Numbered from the stretch's first letter, positions 8,002 to 20,010 are shown. The stretch is DNA of 64,000 nt from a candidate division FCPU426 bacterium (GCA_963847625.1 CAWKAR010000025.1:83651-147650); one strand, 5' to 3'. The notes: a model not told the origin generated them from the sequence alone. Numbers and translations are program-made.

Positions 8002-10357
8002 TCTCGATTTTCTTGTCGTAAACAAGGATATTCACTTTGTCCGCGCGGCCCTGGGAATCCAGCACCGATACTTCCCATTTCCCCTGTTCCGGGCTCCAGA
8101 AGAAAAGCTTATCCGGCTTTCCTTGCGCGATGAGCCGGCCATTCACGAACCAGTAAACCTGGTCCACGTCGGGGCCGGCCTGGACCGATAACGTCATCCG
8201 CTGGCTTTCCAGGGGTATCCCCTGCTGGATCTCGTATTTCCCCTCGGATTTGGGCGATTGGATATGGGGCGTGAAGCGGGAGAAGAAATAAGCGCAATCC
8301 GGATTATGCCGGGGGATGGCCTCGAATTTTTTCCCGTGGCTCCTGAGATACCGCGTCACGTCCGGTGGCCAGATCTCGAAAATTTTGGAGTAGTATTCCT
8401 CTGGCTTGCCCGTCATGCAATAACGGCAAACTTCCTTTCCGTCTTTTTTCCTGATCCAAACCCTTCGGTGGACCTGGCAGGGATGGTTGTCGCTGACGGC
8501 CGGGATGAACATATCCTCGATCACGTCCTTGCAATCGTCTCCGGCCGGCTGGCCCGAGAGGGCGCATATTTTGCGGAATTGGACTCCCGGCGGCCTCTGG
8601 AACCAGGAGTCATTGGAGCGGGTCAAGGCGTTGAAGAGATTGATGACCACCGGGGCCGCGGCGTCGTGGCCGATCAAGGCGGGAGACCCCTGGTTATCCG
8701 TGTTGCCGAGCCAGACCCCGATGGTGTAATCCGGGTTATAGCCGACGCACCAGGCGTCCCGGTGGCCGAAGGAGGTGCCGGTTTTAAAGGCCACCTTTCC
8801 GCGGGTGGGTGAAAATTCCCAGGAAGCGGGAATATCCGTTCTTTCCACCTTGGCCAGCATTTCGGAAATCATGTAGCTGGATTCCCGGGAAAGCACTTCC
8901 TTTCCCTTCTCCGGGCCTTGGGTTTCATCCTCAAAAAATCTCAGGCTTCTCATCTTCCCGCCGTTGGCCAGGGCCGCGTAAATCCGGACCATTTCCTCCA
9001 CCGTCATGGGATAGGCCCCTAAAACCACCGACAGACCCGGTTCCAACTGGCCCCTTTCCCGCCCGATACAGCCGGCTTCCTTGATCCAAAATTCCAGGCC
9101 GTCGTTTCCTATGGATTCCAGGCTTGATTCCAACCCCACCGCGGGAATGTTCAAGGAGCGGGCCAAGGCGTCTTCCGCCGGAATGAGCCCCCCGTACTTC
9201 CCCTCGTAATTGGCCGGTTTAAAGCCGCCGTAATCGCGCGGGATATCGAAAAGCGTGGTCTTGGGTGTGATCAACCCGTGGTCCATCGCCAAGCCATACA
9301 GGAAAGGTTTCAAGGCCGATCCCGGGGAGCGGGGAATGTTGGCGCCGTTTACCTGCCCACCCCTGGGGTCGTGGAAATCCGGGCTTCCCACGTAAGCCAC
9401 CACTTTCATCGTGTGGTTGTCCACCATGATGACCGCGCCGTTATGGACCCCCTGGTTTCTGATGGGCGCTATGGCGCCTTCCAGCATTTTCAAGGCCAAT
9501 CCCTGTAAATTGGGTTGGAGGGCCAGCTGGACCACTCCCGGGGCATGGCTGGATAGATGGGCCGCTCGAGCCACCAAATGGGGAGCCGGATTGGGATTCA
9601 AGTACCGGCCTTTGGGCAGGATGGAATGGAAAGCTTCCTCCGCCTCGATTTGGGGTGGCTTCACGATGGGAAGGATTTGCCCAAGGACCTTGTCCCTTCC
9701 CTCCCTCGCCTTTTCGGGGAACCGGTCGGGACGCCGCGCCGCGGGCGACCGGGGAAGGCTGATCAAAAGCGCGGTTTCACCCCAGGAAAGGAGCTTGGCC
9801 GGCTTGCCGAAATAAAGAAGCGACGCCGCACCCACCCCCTCGATGTTGCCCCCCATGGGAACGCTGTTCAGGTAGAACTCGAGGATCTGTTTCTTGGAAT
9901 AGCGGGCCTCCAACTGCATGGCCCGGAAAGTCTCGATTCCCTTGGCCCAGAAGGTCCGGGGCCTGCGGTCCATCAGCTTGGCCACCTGCATGGTAATGGT
10001 GGAAGCCCCCGAGAGGATTTTATGGCGGGTCAAATTCAGGACGAGGGCCCGGACCAATGCCGCCGGATTCACCCCGTAATGCCAGTAAAACCACCGGTCC
10101 TCGTAGGCCATAAAACCCCGGATGACCTGGGGTGAAATTTCATCCAGTTTCAAGGGAAGGCGGTACTTGCCACTTTTGGAAAGGGTGAGCCGCAATAGGC
10201 TTCCGTCGGAGGCCAGGTAGGCCGTGGAATAGTCGCCGTGAAGTTTCTTAACCGGAAGGGGCACAAGACGGAGAAGGACGTAAAACCCGGCCAGGCACAA
10301 CAAAAAACGGAGGATGAACCGTTTGTGATTGCTAAAGGGCCATTTCATAGTTTGCAT
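7988..10357 (-). CDS. pbpC: Penicillin-binding protein 1C (transglycosylase/transpeptidase with PBP1C C-terminal domain)
   Basis: 789 aa; N-terminal TM anchor; GT51 motifs (RFYWHYGVNP, GASTITMQ); transpeptidase SxxK/KTG (AFKTGTS); C-terminal BiPBP_C-like domain. Confidence 0.85.
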   Translation of the reverse strand: MQTMKWPFSNHKRFILRFLLCLAGFYVLLRLVPLPVKKLHGDYSTAYLASDGSLLRLTLSKSGKYRLPLKLDEISPQVIRGFMAYEDRWFYWHYGVNPAALVRALVLNLTRHKILSGASTITMQVAKLMDRRPRTFWAKGIETFRAMQLEARYSKKQILEFYLNSVPMGGNIEGVGAASLLYFGKPAKLLSWGETALLISLPRSPAARRPDRFPEKAREGRDKVLGQILPIVKPPQIEAEEAFHSILPKGRYLNPNPAPHLVARAAHLSSHAPGVVQLALQPNLQGLALKMLEGAIAPIRNQGVHNGAVIMVDNHTMKVVAYVGSPDFHDPRGGQVNGANIPRSPGSALKPFLYGLAMDHGLITPKTTLFDIPRDYGGFKPANYEGKYGGLIPAEDALARSLNIPAVGLESSLESIGNDGLEFWIKEAGCIGRERGQLEPGLSVVLGAYPMTVEEMVRIYAALANGGKMRSLRFFEDETQGPEKGKEVLSRESSYMISEMLAKVERTDIPASWEFSPTRGKVAFKTGTSFGHRDAWCVGYNPDYTIGVWLGNTDNQGSPALIGHDAAAPVVINLFNALTRSNDSWFQRPPGVQFRKICALSGQPAGDDCKDVIEDMFIPAVSDNHPCQVHRRVWIRKKDGKEVCRYCMTGKPEEYYSKIFEIWPPDVTRYLRSHGKKFEAIPRHNPDCAYFFSRFTPHIQSPKSEGKYEIQQGIPLESQRMTLSVQAGPDVDQVYWFVNGRLIAQGKPDKLFFWSPEQGKWEVSVLDSQGRADKVNILVYDKKIENEKK

Positions 10358-10603
10358 TACAGCGTTTTTTTATGGGACAGGCTATCCTTTTTTCCCAATA
10401 GTTGTTAAATGAGCAATCCGCATATTACAGGGACAAGGAAATAACGTGCTTTGCCGCATTGACCTAACAGTTGAGATTCGCAAAGCTTTAAACAATATTT
10501 AGTGGACAAAGTAAAGTGCTCGAAATAAATCGTCTTTAAGCTTTGATGATTCTTCTAATACGCCTACCCGTCTCGGACAAGTCCAAAATTCAATTCCCTC
10601 AAT

Positions 10604-11166
10604 TTAGTTCTCTTTTATCACAACAATAGTCCCTATCTTGCAATAAGTTTTAATTTCATCTATTTCTTCGTTTGTGACGGCAATACATCCCTTTGTCCAA
10701 TCAATAAAATGATGCAAGAAACCTAACCATCCGAGACCCTTCTTGAGTCCATGAATGCCTACAATGCCGCCTAATTTTGTATCACTCGGTGGAATTTTAT
10801 GACTCTGTTGGGCTTTTATAATATTTCCAAATTCATTTTGATGAATAACTCCATCGTGAAAACCTTTCAGGGCATCCGCTTCATTGGGATAACTGAGATA
10901 AATAAAAAAATGAAAATCGCTGGTATTGTTCATCGCAACAACTCTATACACCCCAACAGGCGTTTTATTGTCACCGGCAACTTGTTTGGCACCAGCGCCT
11001 CCTTTGCCAATCGAACACTTGTATTGTTTAAAAATTTGGCCGCCTTTTTTACTTTAAGGGCATGTTCCGATTTAATGATTTCTAAAGAAAAATCCTTGGC
11101 GTAAATCAATCCATCAACTGAGTGTAAGAAAATTGAAAAGAAGAAAATAAATTTAAGATATTTCAT
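10604..11166 (-). CDS. L,D-transpeptidase (YkuD domain) with a frameshift in a T6/A6 run (plus strand 11045-11050)
   Basis: N-terminal signal peptide MKYLKFIFFFSIFLHS; after a 1-nt shift the frame reads KGGQIFKQYKCSIGKGGAGAKQVAGDNKTPVGVYRV...HG...WTKGCIAV (catalytic HG/SHGC-type). AT-rich (about 37% GC) inside a 62% GC block. Confidence 0.7.
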
Positions 11167-11203
11167 GGATGGTATTTTCAAGTTGGTATTTTTAGGGGCG
11201 CTT

Positions 11204-14200
11204 TTAATATTTCGCGGGAGCAATATTAAGCGTTTGGCCCTCGTTGGATCGCCCGAAGATTTCAGGGTCGTACATGGCTTCGGCCTCCAAACCAGGCACC
11301 TGGAACGATCCGGGCGTGACCGCCCGGACGCTGTAGGAGAAGGTCTGGTCCCCGTCCACGTCCTTCGAGAAGAGAAGAACCCGGTCATCCCTGAAATCCT
11401 GGAAGACCGGCGAGAAGCTGCATTCCGGCTCGAACGAAAGGTTGCCCCGCGAGGAAAGGCGCGGATTGTCCACCTCGAACCCGGCCGGCAGGAGATCCAC
11501 CACCACCAGGTTGTCCAGCGGCTTGGTGCACTTCACGCGCAAGGTCACCACCACCAATTGGCCCTGGGAAATCGACCCCAGGTTGATGGTATTCCCGTTC
11601 TCATCCCTGTACTCGCGGCTGACGGTCAGGCCATTCGCGACCGATTCCTTTTCCGATTTCAGCTTGGTGCCCTCGGCCATGAGATGGTAATAAAGGTCGC
11701 GGTCGCCGGTATTCTTCAGGTCAACGTCCTTGCCCGAAATCTTCTCGTCCTTCACCACCGCCGTCTCCCCGCTCAATTCGGCGGGGGCTTCCCCCTTCAC
11801 GGACCATTGGGCGCTCAAGGGATAGTTCTGGGTGGTGGCCCGGACCGCCTTCCCAACAGCCATGAAACAGAGGGCGTCCTCCTGGGTCGTGCCGTACCAG
11901 CCGTGCCCGAATTCCTTCAGCTTCTTGCCGAACTCGATGATGAGCTTGGGGATCTCCGGGTTCTTGGGGTCCGCCTCGGTCATGGCCAAAAGGTAAAGGG
12001 CCATTTCCCGGTTGGGGGAGAACCAATCCCCGTTCATCAACCGGGCCAGGCTGGTGGGAAGGTAATGCGCGGGAAGAAGGGATAGGGCGGTCGTGCGATC
12101 GCCCAGCGCGGAATAGGCCCGGGACAGGTAACAGCGCTCGCTCAACCGGCGCGCCTTCGGGTCCTGCATCTGGTCCTTCATGGCGGCCATCGACTCGGGA
12201 TCGGGCCGGTCGGCCAGGACTTTCAGGTAAAGCACGTAGGCGCTGTCCCCGATCTCGACGTTTTGCTTTCGGCGGTCCAGCCTCCCACCCCCTTGCCGGT
12301 GACCTTGATGGCCCCAAGCCGGTTCATGATCCTATCCAGGACATTCTCGTTGACCTGGTAGCCCTGCTTTTTCGCCGTGAGCAGGAATTCGGAGACGTAA
12401 TTGGACAAGTATTCCCCGCCGCCCTCCTCCTGGCCTGGCCAGAGCGCGAAGTCCCCGTCGGACAACTGCATCTTGCCCAGGTCGTCAATGGCGTCCTGCA
12501 CGTACATTTCCACCGCGTTGGCCCTTCCGCTGAAACGCCCCGTCAAAAGGCCCATATCCTTGAAGAAAAGAAGAGGGAAAGCCTGTGAGGTCCTCTGCTC
12601 GGCACAGCCATAGGGGTAATGGATGAGGTAATCCATGCTCCCCAGGAACGTCAACAAGGGGCTGGAAGAAACCGTCATGCGGACCTTTTGTCCTTGCCGG
12701 ATGAAGCCGCCGGGAACCGACAGGACCTGGGTCCCGCCCGCCCCCAACTGGCCGAAGCTGATTTGCGTCGTCAAGGGATTGCCGGGCCTCACCGCCAGCT
12801 CGGTTTCCACGTCGAAATCGTTTCCATCCTCATCCGTGGCGGTCACCTTGAAATGCGCCACGCCAGCGTCCATTTGGGCCTTGGCGTGGAACAGGATCTG
12901 TTTTTGCCCCTCCTCGCCCAGGCTGATATCCTGTTTTTTCTCGCCGTCGACCGCGACGGGACCGCTGGCGGAGAGGCTGACCTTGATGCTCTGGGGTTTC
13001 TTCGTGTTGTTATAGACCAGGACCGGCATGTCAATGTGGTCCCCGGGCGCGAGAAACCGGGGAAAGGACGGCTCCACCACCACCGGATCCGCCACCTTCA
13101 CGTGGAAGGCGGAAGCCCCGAATTTATTCGCCTGCACTCCCAGGGCCATGACCCTTACTTCCCCGTGGAACTTGTCCGTCGGGAAGTGGTAGCTGACCTT
13201 CCCCTCCTTGTCCGCCGTCAGGATGCCGGAGAAGAGGGCGAAGGATTTCACCCGTTTGGCTTCGATGGGGTTCAAATGGCGGAATTGGAAGGATTCACCC
13301 TCGTCCCCGCCCACCGCGTCCTTGCGGTCCAGGTCGGGAAGGATGTCCTCGAACAAGCTCAAGGTGGAGGTCGTGAGGCCCCGCTTGCGGTAGAAATACT
13401 TGAAGGGGTCGGGCGTGGTGAAAGCGATGATCTGGAGGATTCCCTCGTCCACCGCGGCCAGGACCACGCTGGCCCCCGGCGTGCCGGTGGACAGGTTCAC
13501 GTCGATGCCGTCCTTGGACTTTACGGACTCGGGCGCTTCCCACTTGAAGTCGATCTCATGGCTGGTGGTGTCCATCGCCAGGGTCGCGATCCCGAAGGAA
13601 GCCATCGGCATGGTCCTTAATTCCTCATTGGGCTTGCGCACCAGGAGCCCCACCACGTAGGCGTTGGGCATGTAGGCGGTCTCGACCGGGGGAAGGCTCA
13701 GCACGTTGAGCCCCGCCGCAACCGGCACCGTCGAGGTGTAAAAAACCCTCTCCCGTTCGATGGAAAGGATCAGCCTTCCGGCGAAGGGCGCGCGCACTTC
13801 CAGCTTGGGGATCTCGCCGGACTGGTATTGGGTCTTGTCGAGGTTGAGGGACAGCTTGTCCGGCTCGCCCAGGTCGGCGGATTCCTGCTGGTTCTCCTCT
13901 TTTTCCTCGGGTCCGGACACCGCCACCATGACGGAACTGCGCATGGACTCCTCGTTGCCCAGGTAGATGGTGTATTCCCCCGGCTTATCCGGCGTGAAGG
14001 TGTAGGAACCCTTTCCGTCCACGTTGACTTCTTTGCCGTCCACCACCTGCTCGTAATAGGCCGACTCGTAGCCGCGTCCGGACCATCCGCTCCGCCTGAA
14101 AATGGAATACCAGACTTTGCGCTTGACGAGAAGGATGGCTTTTTCCACCTTGGTCGGGTCGCCGTCCGGGGTGATGGCCACGTACTTGATGTGGACTTCC

Positions 14201-17200
14201 TTATTGGGGGCCGATTCCTTACCTTCCTCGCACTTGAGGCCCAGGTAATAGGGATAGCGGTGGACCCGGATGGCGGCGTTGGCGCCGACGGGCCTCCCCC
14301 CGGTGTCCAACACCTCGGCATAGACCTCAGCCTGGAGCATGGAAGGAGGAAGCATGGAGATGGGCACGGGTAATTGCACGTCAAAATTGCCCGCCGCGTC
14401 CGTCGACCCGTCCGGGACCTTCAAACTTTCGCCCGTGAACTGCCGGGTGGGGTCGGAAAAATGGTAGCTTTTCCATTTCTTGTCCGTGAATTCAATCGGG
14501 CTCAATTGGACGGCGGTTCGCACCTTCAGGCTCACGCCCGGCGCCCCGAAGAGCTGGCGCACCGCGACCCGGAAGGAGAGTTGCTCCCCGGGATTGGCGG
14601 TTTTCTTGGCGGGACGCACCTCGACCTTGATCTTGTTGGGGATGAATTCCTCCACCTTAATGGAGGTGGACGCCAGGTGGACCCCGTTCTCCAGTCCCAG
14701 CTCGACGTTCAGCATGCCGGTGGTGATGTCCTCCTTAATGGGAAAATTGAAGGTCGCCATGCCGTAGTCATGGAGTTTGGCGGTGAGTTTGGCCACCTGG
14801 TTCCCGTTTTCATCCTTGATGACGAGGTTCACGGGAAGGTCCTCGGGGATATCCAGGTCCGCCCGCCTCACGACCGCCGTGAAATTGGCCTTGTCCCCGG
14901 GGCGGTAAAGGCCCCGGTCCGAGGTCAGGAACGCGTCCCATCCGGTGGATTGGAAAGGATCCCCGCTCACGTCGAAGCGCGATTGGTTCAAGGCCGGCTG
15001 GTCCAGGCGGAGGTAGGACCAATCGTCCCCCAATTGGGCCACGACGACATAGGCGTTGAAATGGTAGGGGTTGTTCTTCCAGTCCTTGAACCAGACCCGT
15101 CCCTCGGGATCCGTTTCCTTTTCCTGGATGACCTGGTTAGTGTCGGAAATCAGCTGTAATTTCACCCCAACCGCCGGGGTCAGCCTGGAGATGGAAAGCA
15201 CCTGCACCAAAAGGTCGTCGCCCGAGTACTTCAGCATCATGCCCAGGTCGGTGCAAAGGAAGGAACGGGAGTCCCGTCCGCCGCCGTTGGCTCCGTTCAG
15301 GGAAACCACGAATAGCCCCTTATAAGGCTGGCTGTGCCATTGGCTGAAATCCAGGTCCGTTTCCGTTTCCTGGTTGATCTGCCCTTCGTTCACCTTCACG
15401 TTTCCGCCCCAGACATGGGCGCCCAACCCCGCGGTCGAGCCAGAATCGGACTGGTAGTTATTCTCGCTGGGTTCGTCCCCTTCACCCTCATCCTCGTCCT
15501 CTTCCTGTTGCCGCTGGAAATAAGCGCGGCGCTGGGGCCGGCGGTAAGAGTGCCGGTAGTAGTAGTTGGGGTAACTGCGCCAGTTCTTCAGGAAATCGAC
15601 GATGTTGTTGCGGAACACTTTTTCGACGCCGACGGAATAATTGTCCAGGTTCATGGTTTTAACCGAGACAATCTTTTTTCCCTCCAGAGGGATCAACCGC
15701 CCGTTATCGCCGAAACGCACGTAGGGCTCGATATCTTCCAGACGGATATCCTGGTCGCTGGCATGCTCCAGGATTTCCCCGGAAATGGCGCGCAGGCCCT
15801 CCTTCACGTGGATTTTGTAGTTGATGTTGGGTTGGAAATCCGCTTTCAAGACGGCGTAGCAATATTCCGTATCCACCTTGAAGGGAATCGCCGGTTCGAT
15901 GGACACGTTGTTGCGCACTTGGGAGGAAGAAGCCGGAAGCGTGAACAGGATGGAGATCAGCGTGTTTCCCGGAACATGGTGGAGCTTGATCCCCTCCACC
16001 AGCATCTTGGGCTTGGCGGGAAGGGTGATGGTGCTTTGGTACTTGTCGGCCAGGGGCTTCCCGCAATCCACGCAGGACAAGCCCGCCGCCACGGTTACCG
16101 TCAGGGTCTGGGGTTCGGTTTCACGCACCAGCCCCCCCGCCTTGAAGAAAAACCGCGTGGGAAGGGTTCCCTGTTCCAGCTCGTAGTTCAGGGAGCTTCC
16201 CGCCCGGGATACGGAAAGGCTCTGTTTGAGCAGGTTCATGTCCACCGGATAGTTGAACTCGATCTCGCCCACCAGCTCTTTTTCCGTTCCCTTGATGAGG
16301 TCGTAGGTATAGAAAAGCCGGCTGGAAACCACCTTCATGGCTTCGGTCGAAAAAGTGGTATTGGAGCTTTTTTCCAGGAAAAATTGTTTCGAGGAAAGCT
16401 TACCCGAGACGTTCAAGTGCACCTGGTAAGTGGTGGCGGGTTTCAGGGGAGCCGCGGGGGTGAAAACCAGGGTCGTGGAATCCTCCAGGCGGCTGGTTCC
16501 GGGCAGGGGGGGTGTAATCTCGAACGCGGAGTCCAAGGCGCTGATGACTTGGACGTCCCCGGAGAATTTGGCCCGGATGACCGTATTGGCCGAGGTCACC
16601 ATTCCCCGGGGGGTAAAACTGATGATATGGGTGGTGAAAGTATTATAGATCAAAAGATAAATCAGCCAGGCCGCGGCCAGGCACGCCAATATTAGGGCGG
16701 CCTTCCGGGCCAGGGGTTTCTTGGATAACTTCAATACGCTTTCCCCGCCTTTGGCTCCTTTTTGCTTGAGGAATCGGGCCGCCTTCTGGAAAAAAGGGCT
16801 TTGCCGCAGAATTTTCCATTTGGAACGCCAATCCAGGTCCGGCAATCCGTCCTTCTTGGCGATTTTTTCCGAAATTCCATAAGACTCGTAAAGACGGGTC
16901 AGATAGATAATCAATACTTGCAGGGACCAAGCCGGGTTTCTTTTGAGGAGGGCGAAAGGGATGGGGAGAAGGGCGTAGAGCCAGATCCAAGCCCGGAGGT
17001 TGCGGTGCTTCGTTTCCCGCATCCTTTCCCAAAACACCAGGAACAGCCCGGAAAGGATGAGGTGCAGCGCCAGCATCCAATTGTTTCTCTCGAAAAAATA
17101 GGGGGAATAAAAAGGGTTCATGAGGAACGTCAACCCGCCTACGGTGTAAAAAGCGAGAGCGCGGATGAAGGTTTGGGGTAATTTCAGGATTTGGGATCGG

Positions 17201-18186
17201 ACCTGGGCGGTTAAAACCGTCAGGACGAGGATAACCATCGGGATGATCAGGGAACCGGTCTGGTTTTGAATGTAAATAAATCCCAAGAGCGAACCCAGGC
17301 TCAGGAAAACTTCCTTCGCGTGGGGTTTCAGCCAGGGATTCCAGCCCCAGAGCAAACCCAAAACCAGGATTTGGAAGGGCCAGCCGAAATTACCATGGAA
17401 GAAGTAATAATATGGAAGCATCGGGACAACGGCGAAAAGCGATAGATAAAGCCGCCCCCGGGTGGCATTCGCTTCCTTCAACTTTTCCCACAAAAGAAAA
17501 ACCAGGGCCGAGAGCAGGAAATGGTGGATCAGGACGACCGGACCCCACCCTTTAATGACCTGTTGAACCCCGCGGACCGTTTCAAAGATGGGAAGTTCCG
17601 GCCAGTAGCGGTAGATCCAGTCCGTGAAATAAAACAGGACAAAGGCTTTTAGGATTTCGGGGTCCCGGCGGAATAAGAACCGGCGCAGCAGGGGGGAGAC
17701 GCCCCAGAAAATGATGGAAATCCAGTAAACGGGGGGAAGCCCCATGAGGCAAACCGCGAAGGCGGCCGCCGTGAATACCGGCGGAAGAATATTGGAGTGG
17801 AATTTTTCGAGCGCCCGGATTTTTTTCAAATCATCCCGGACCATCTCCCATCCCAAAAGAATCGTGGAATACACCACCAGGGCCAGCGCCGTGATCCAGA
17901 CAATCTTCAGGTGGGAGCTGCTCGTCGGGACCTTATCGAAAAATTTCGGGGTCAGAAAGGAAAAGATCATCATGAGGGAAAAACCCTCAACCGCCCGGAA
18001 AGGATACTTCAGGTAAATCTTGCGCAGGAGGCCGACCGCCATGAACAACGGCAGGAACAGCCACAAATTTTTATTTTGGATCAGGAGGACGGCATTGGGG
18101 TGGTTCATCCAATTGGGAATGATTGCGACAAGGGCGATTAGAACGGTGATTCCAAACCAGGCGTTTAATATTTTCCTGGGAATCAT
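11204..18186 (-). CDS. Alpha-2-macroglobulin family protein (YfhM-like) fused to an N-terminal polytopic membrane domain of about 500 aa; frame broken once near 12289-12293
   Basis: Thioester motif GCAEQ near residue 1850; C-terminal thioester-domain remainder and receptor-binding-like domain continue in ORF 11204-12235 (QNVEIGDSAYVLYLKVLADRP after a 1-nt shift in the C5/G5 run); about 12-14 predicted TM helices in the first 500 aa. Confidence 0.8.
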
Positions 18187-18230
18187 AAAGCACCTCGCGG
18201 AACGGACAAACCGGCTTATATAATAAAGAG

Positions 18231-19367
18231 ATGAAACAAAAATTGATTTTCTGCAACCTTGTCATTCTTCTTGTCCTGGCCTCTCGGGTAGGTCACGGCC
18301 AGGAAAAAAACGCGTTCCTTTCGGTTCGTATCCTTGAAAGACTAAAACTGCAGGAATTGGAGGTTCAGTCCCCCGCGAATCATGGCGTTTGGAACCGAAT
18401 CAAATTAGCACCGGGCCAAATGTCCGTCAACGACAAAGCACAAAAAGAGGCCTCCTGGGGCTCTCCGGATTCAACCGTTAAAATAAGGGCTTTAAATTTA
18501 AGGCGAATTTATCCTGGGATGATCGTCATCACAACGCAGGCCGGGGAAAAGGGTCCGGAACTGCTCATTTTAAACCAGGTCTTCCTGGGGGATTACACGG
18601 CTTGTGTCACGGCCTTTGAATCCGGTTATGACCCTTCCCAGCCGGAATACTTGAAGGCGCTGGCGGCCATCATCCGCGCTTACGCCTCCTCACACCGCAA
18701 ACGTCACGACTCCTATGATCTCTGCGACCTCTCCCATTGCCAAGTTTACCAAGGGCTCCCAAGCCATTTCAGTTTTTGGAAGCAAATGGCGGACGCAGGC
18801 ACGTCATTCAGGTTTCCTTCATCAATAGATCCGAAATCCATTTATTTCCACCGCTGTTGCGGAGGTGTTTTGGAGTCAGCGGACCAACTCTGGGGGGGAG
18901 CGCCTTCCGCCAGCCGGACGGGTCCAGATGAGTGGGATGGCAAAACCCTCTGCCAGGACGATCCTCTATTCCAGTGGACTTCCTCGACGGAGGTAAAAAA
19001 CGTCGAGTCCGTCCTGAGAACCATGGCCCGTCTCCCTTCAGCGGCTGTCTTGAGAACATTCAGGGTCGATAAAAAAACAACTCATGGGCGGAACAAGGTA
19101 TTGTCGGCGCGATTCCAAATGCCGGAAGGGGGAACCAGGGAAATCCGCGAAAATGCCATCCATTTCGAATCCGAATTCGGGAAACACTATGGCTGGCGCG
19201 TCTTTCCTAGTGATTTGTTCGGGATCAAACGGGAAGATGATATTTTCAAATTTACCGGTCGGGGTCTTGGCCACGGTGTAGGGCTTTGCCAGTCCGGCGC
19301 CTTGAAACTGGCCCAATTGGGGTGGACCTGGGAAAAAATTCTTAACTTCTATTTTCCTTCAAGGTGA
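18231..19367 (+). CDS. SpoIID/LytB domain protein
   Basis: Signal peptide; conserved SHRKRHDSYDLCDLSHCQVYQG motif of the SpoIID/LytB family. Confidence 0.7.
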   Translation: MKQKLIFCNLVILLVLASRVGHGQEKNAFLSVRILERLKLQELEVQSPANHGVWNRIKLAPGQMSVNDKAQKEASWGSPDSTVKIRALNLRRIYPGMIVITTQAGEKGPELLILNQVFLGDYTACVTAFESGYDPSQPEYLKALAAIIRAYASSHRKRHDSYDLCDLSHCQVYQGLPSHFSFWKQMADAGTSFRFPSSIDPKSIYFHRCCGGVLESADQLWGGAPSASRTGPDEWDGKTLCQDDPLFQWTSSTEVKNVESVLRTMARLPSAAVLRTFRVDKKTTHGRNKVLSARFQMPEGGTREIRENAIHFESEFGKHYGWRVFPSDLFGIKREDDIFKFTGRGLGHGVGLCQSGALKLAQLGWTWEKILNFYFPSR

Positions 19368-19430
19368 CAACCATTCATGGCCGTCTTGAGGATCATAAAT
19401 TTCCAGTTATGCACTTGGCCAAGCATATAT

Positions 19431-20010
19431 TCAGTCATTATTAGCCATTCTAATTTTTTTCTTCTCTTCCGCACGCCAGCGTTTGGAAACTTCCGCCTCG
19501 ATGCCGACATGGTCGTAAACCCGGGCGATGACCGTATCCACAAGATCCTCAATGGTCTTGGGATTGCCGTAAAAGCTGGGAGTCGCCGGGATGACATGGG
19601 CGCCAGCCAGGGTGAGAAGTTCCATATTCTTGATTTGAATCAGGGATAGGGGTGTCTCCCGGGGAACCAATATCAGCTTACGGCGTTCTTTCAAGAACAC
19701 CTCCCCAGAGCGGGTGATCAGGTTATCGGTAATGCCATGGGCCAGCTTCCCCAGGGTGGCGGTGGAGCAAGGAATGACCACCATGGCCTCAAATTTGTTG
19801 GAACCGCTGGCCGAGGGGGCTGTCAGGTCGTTTTCGCCCCATTCCCTCACGTGGGGGGGAGGTTCAGCCCACCCTCATGGGACGCCACGATGCGGGCGGC
19901 GGAGGATACCACCGCGTGCACTTCCCAATCGTCATAGGGAAGGTGTTGGAAAAACCTTCTGGCATAGAGGGTCCCTGATGCGCCCGTCACCGCTACTAGG
20001 ATCTTCTTCA
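19431..20010 (-). CDS. ubiX: Flavin prenyltransferase UbiX, frame broken in the G7 run at 19853-19859
   Basis: N-terminal part MKKILVAVTGASGTLYARRFF (ATG at 20010) and C-terminal part ...MVVIPCSTATLGKLAHGITDNLITRSGEVFLKERRKLILVPRETPL lie in two frames joined at the homopolymer. Confidence 0.75.
19463..19522. repeat. 60-bp direct repeat copy 2 (inside the ubiX coding end)
   Basis: Matches 6504-6563 with 4-5 mismatches. Confidence 0.75.

Noticed and set aside
11165-16695. Long plus-strand ORFs (11165-12085, 12619-13620, 13828-14373, 14374-15159, 15334-16695) inside the A2M gene; likewise 7144-8133, 8258-8812 and 9557-10135 inside the secreted-protein and pbpC genes.
   Set aside because: Antisense to strongly supported genes in 62%-GC DNA, where stop codons are rare; translations are low-complexity Gly/Arg/Pro-rich with no motifs.
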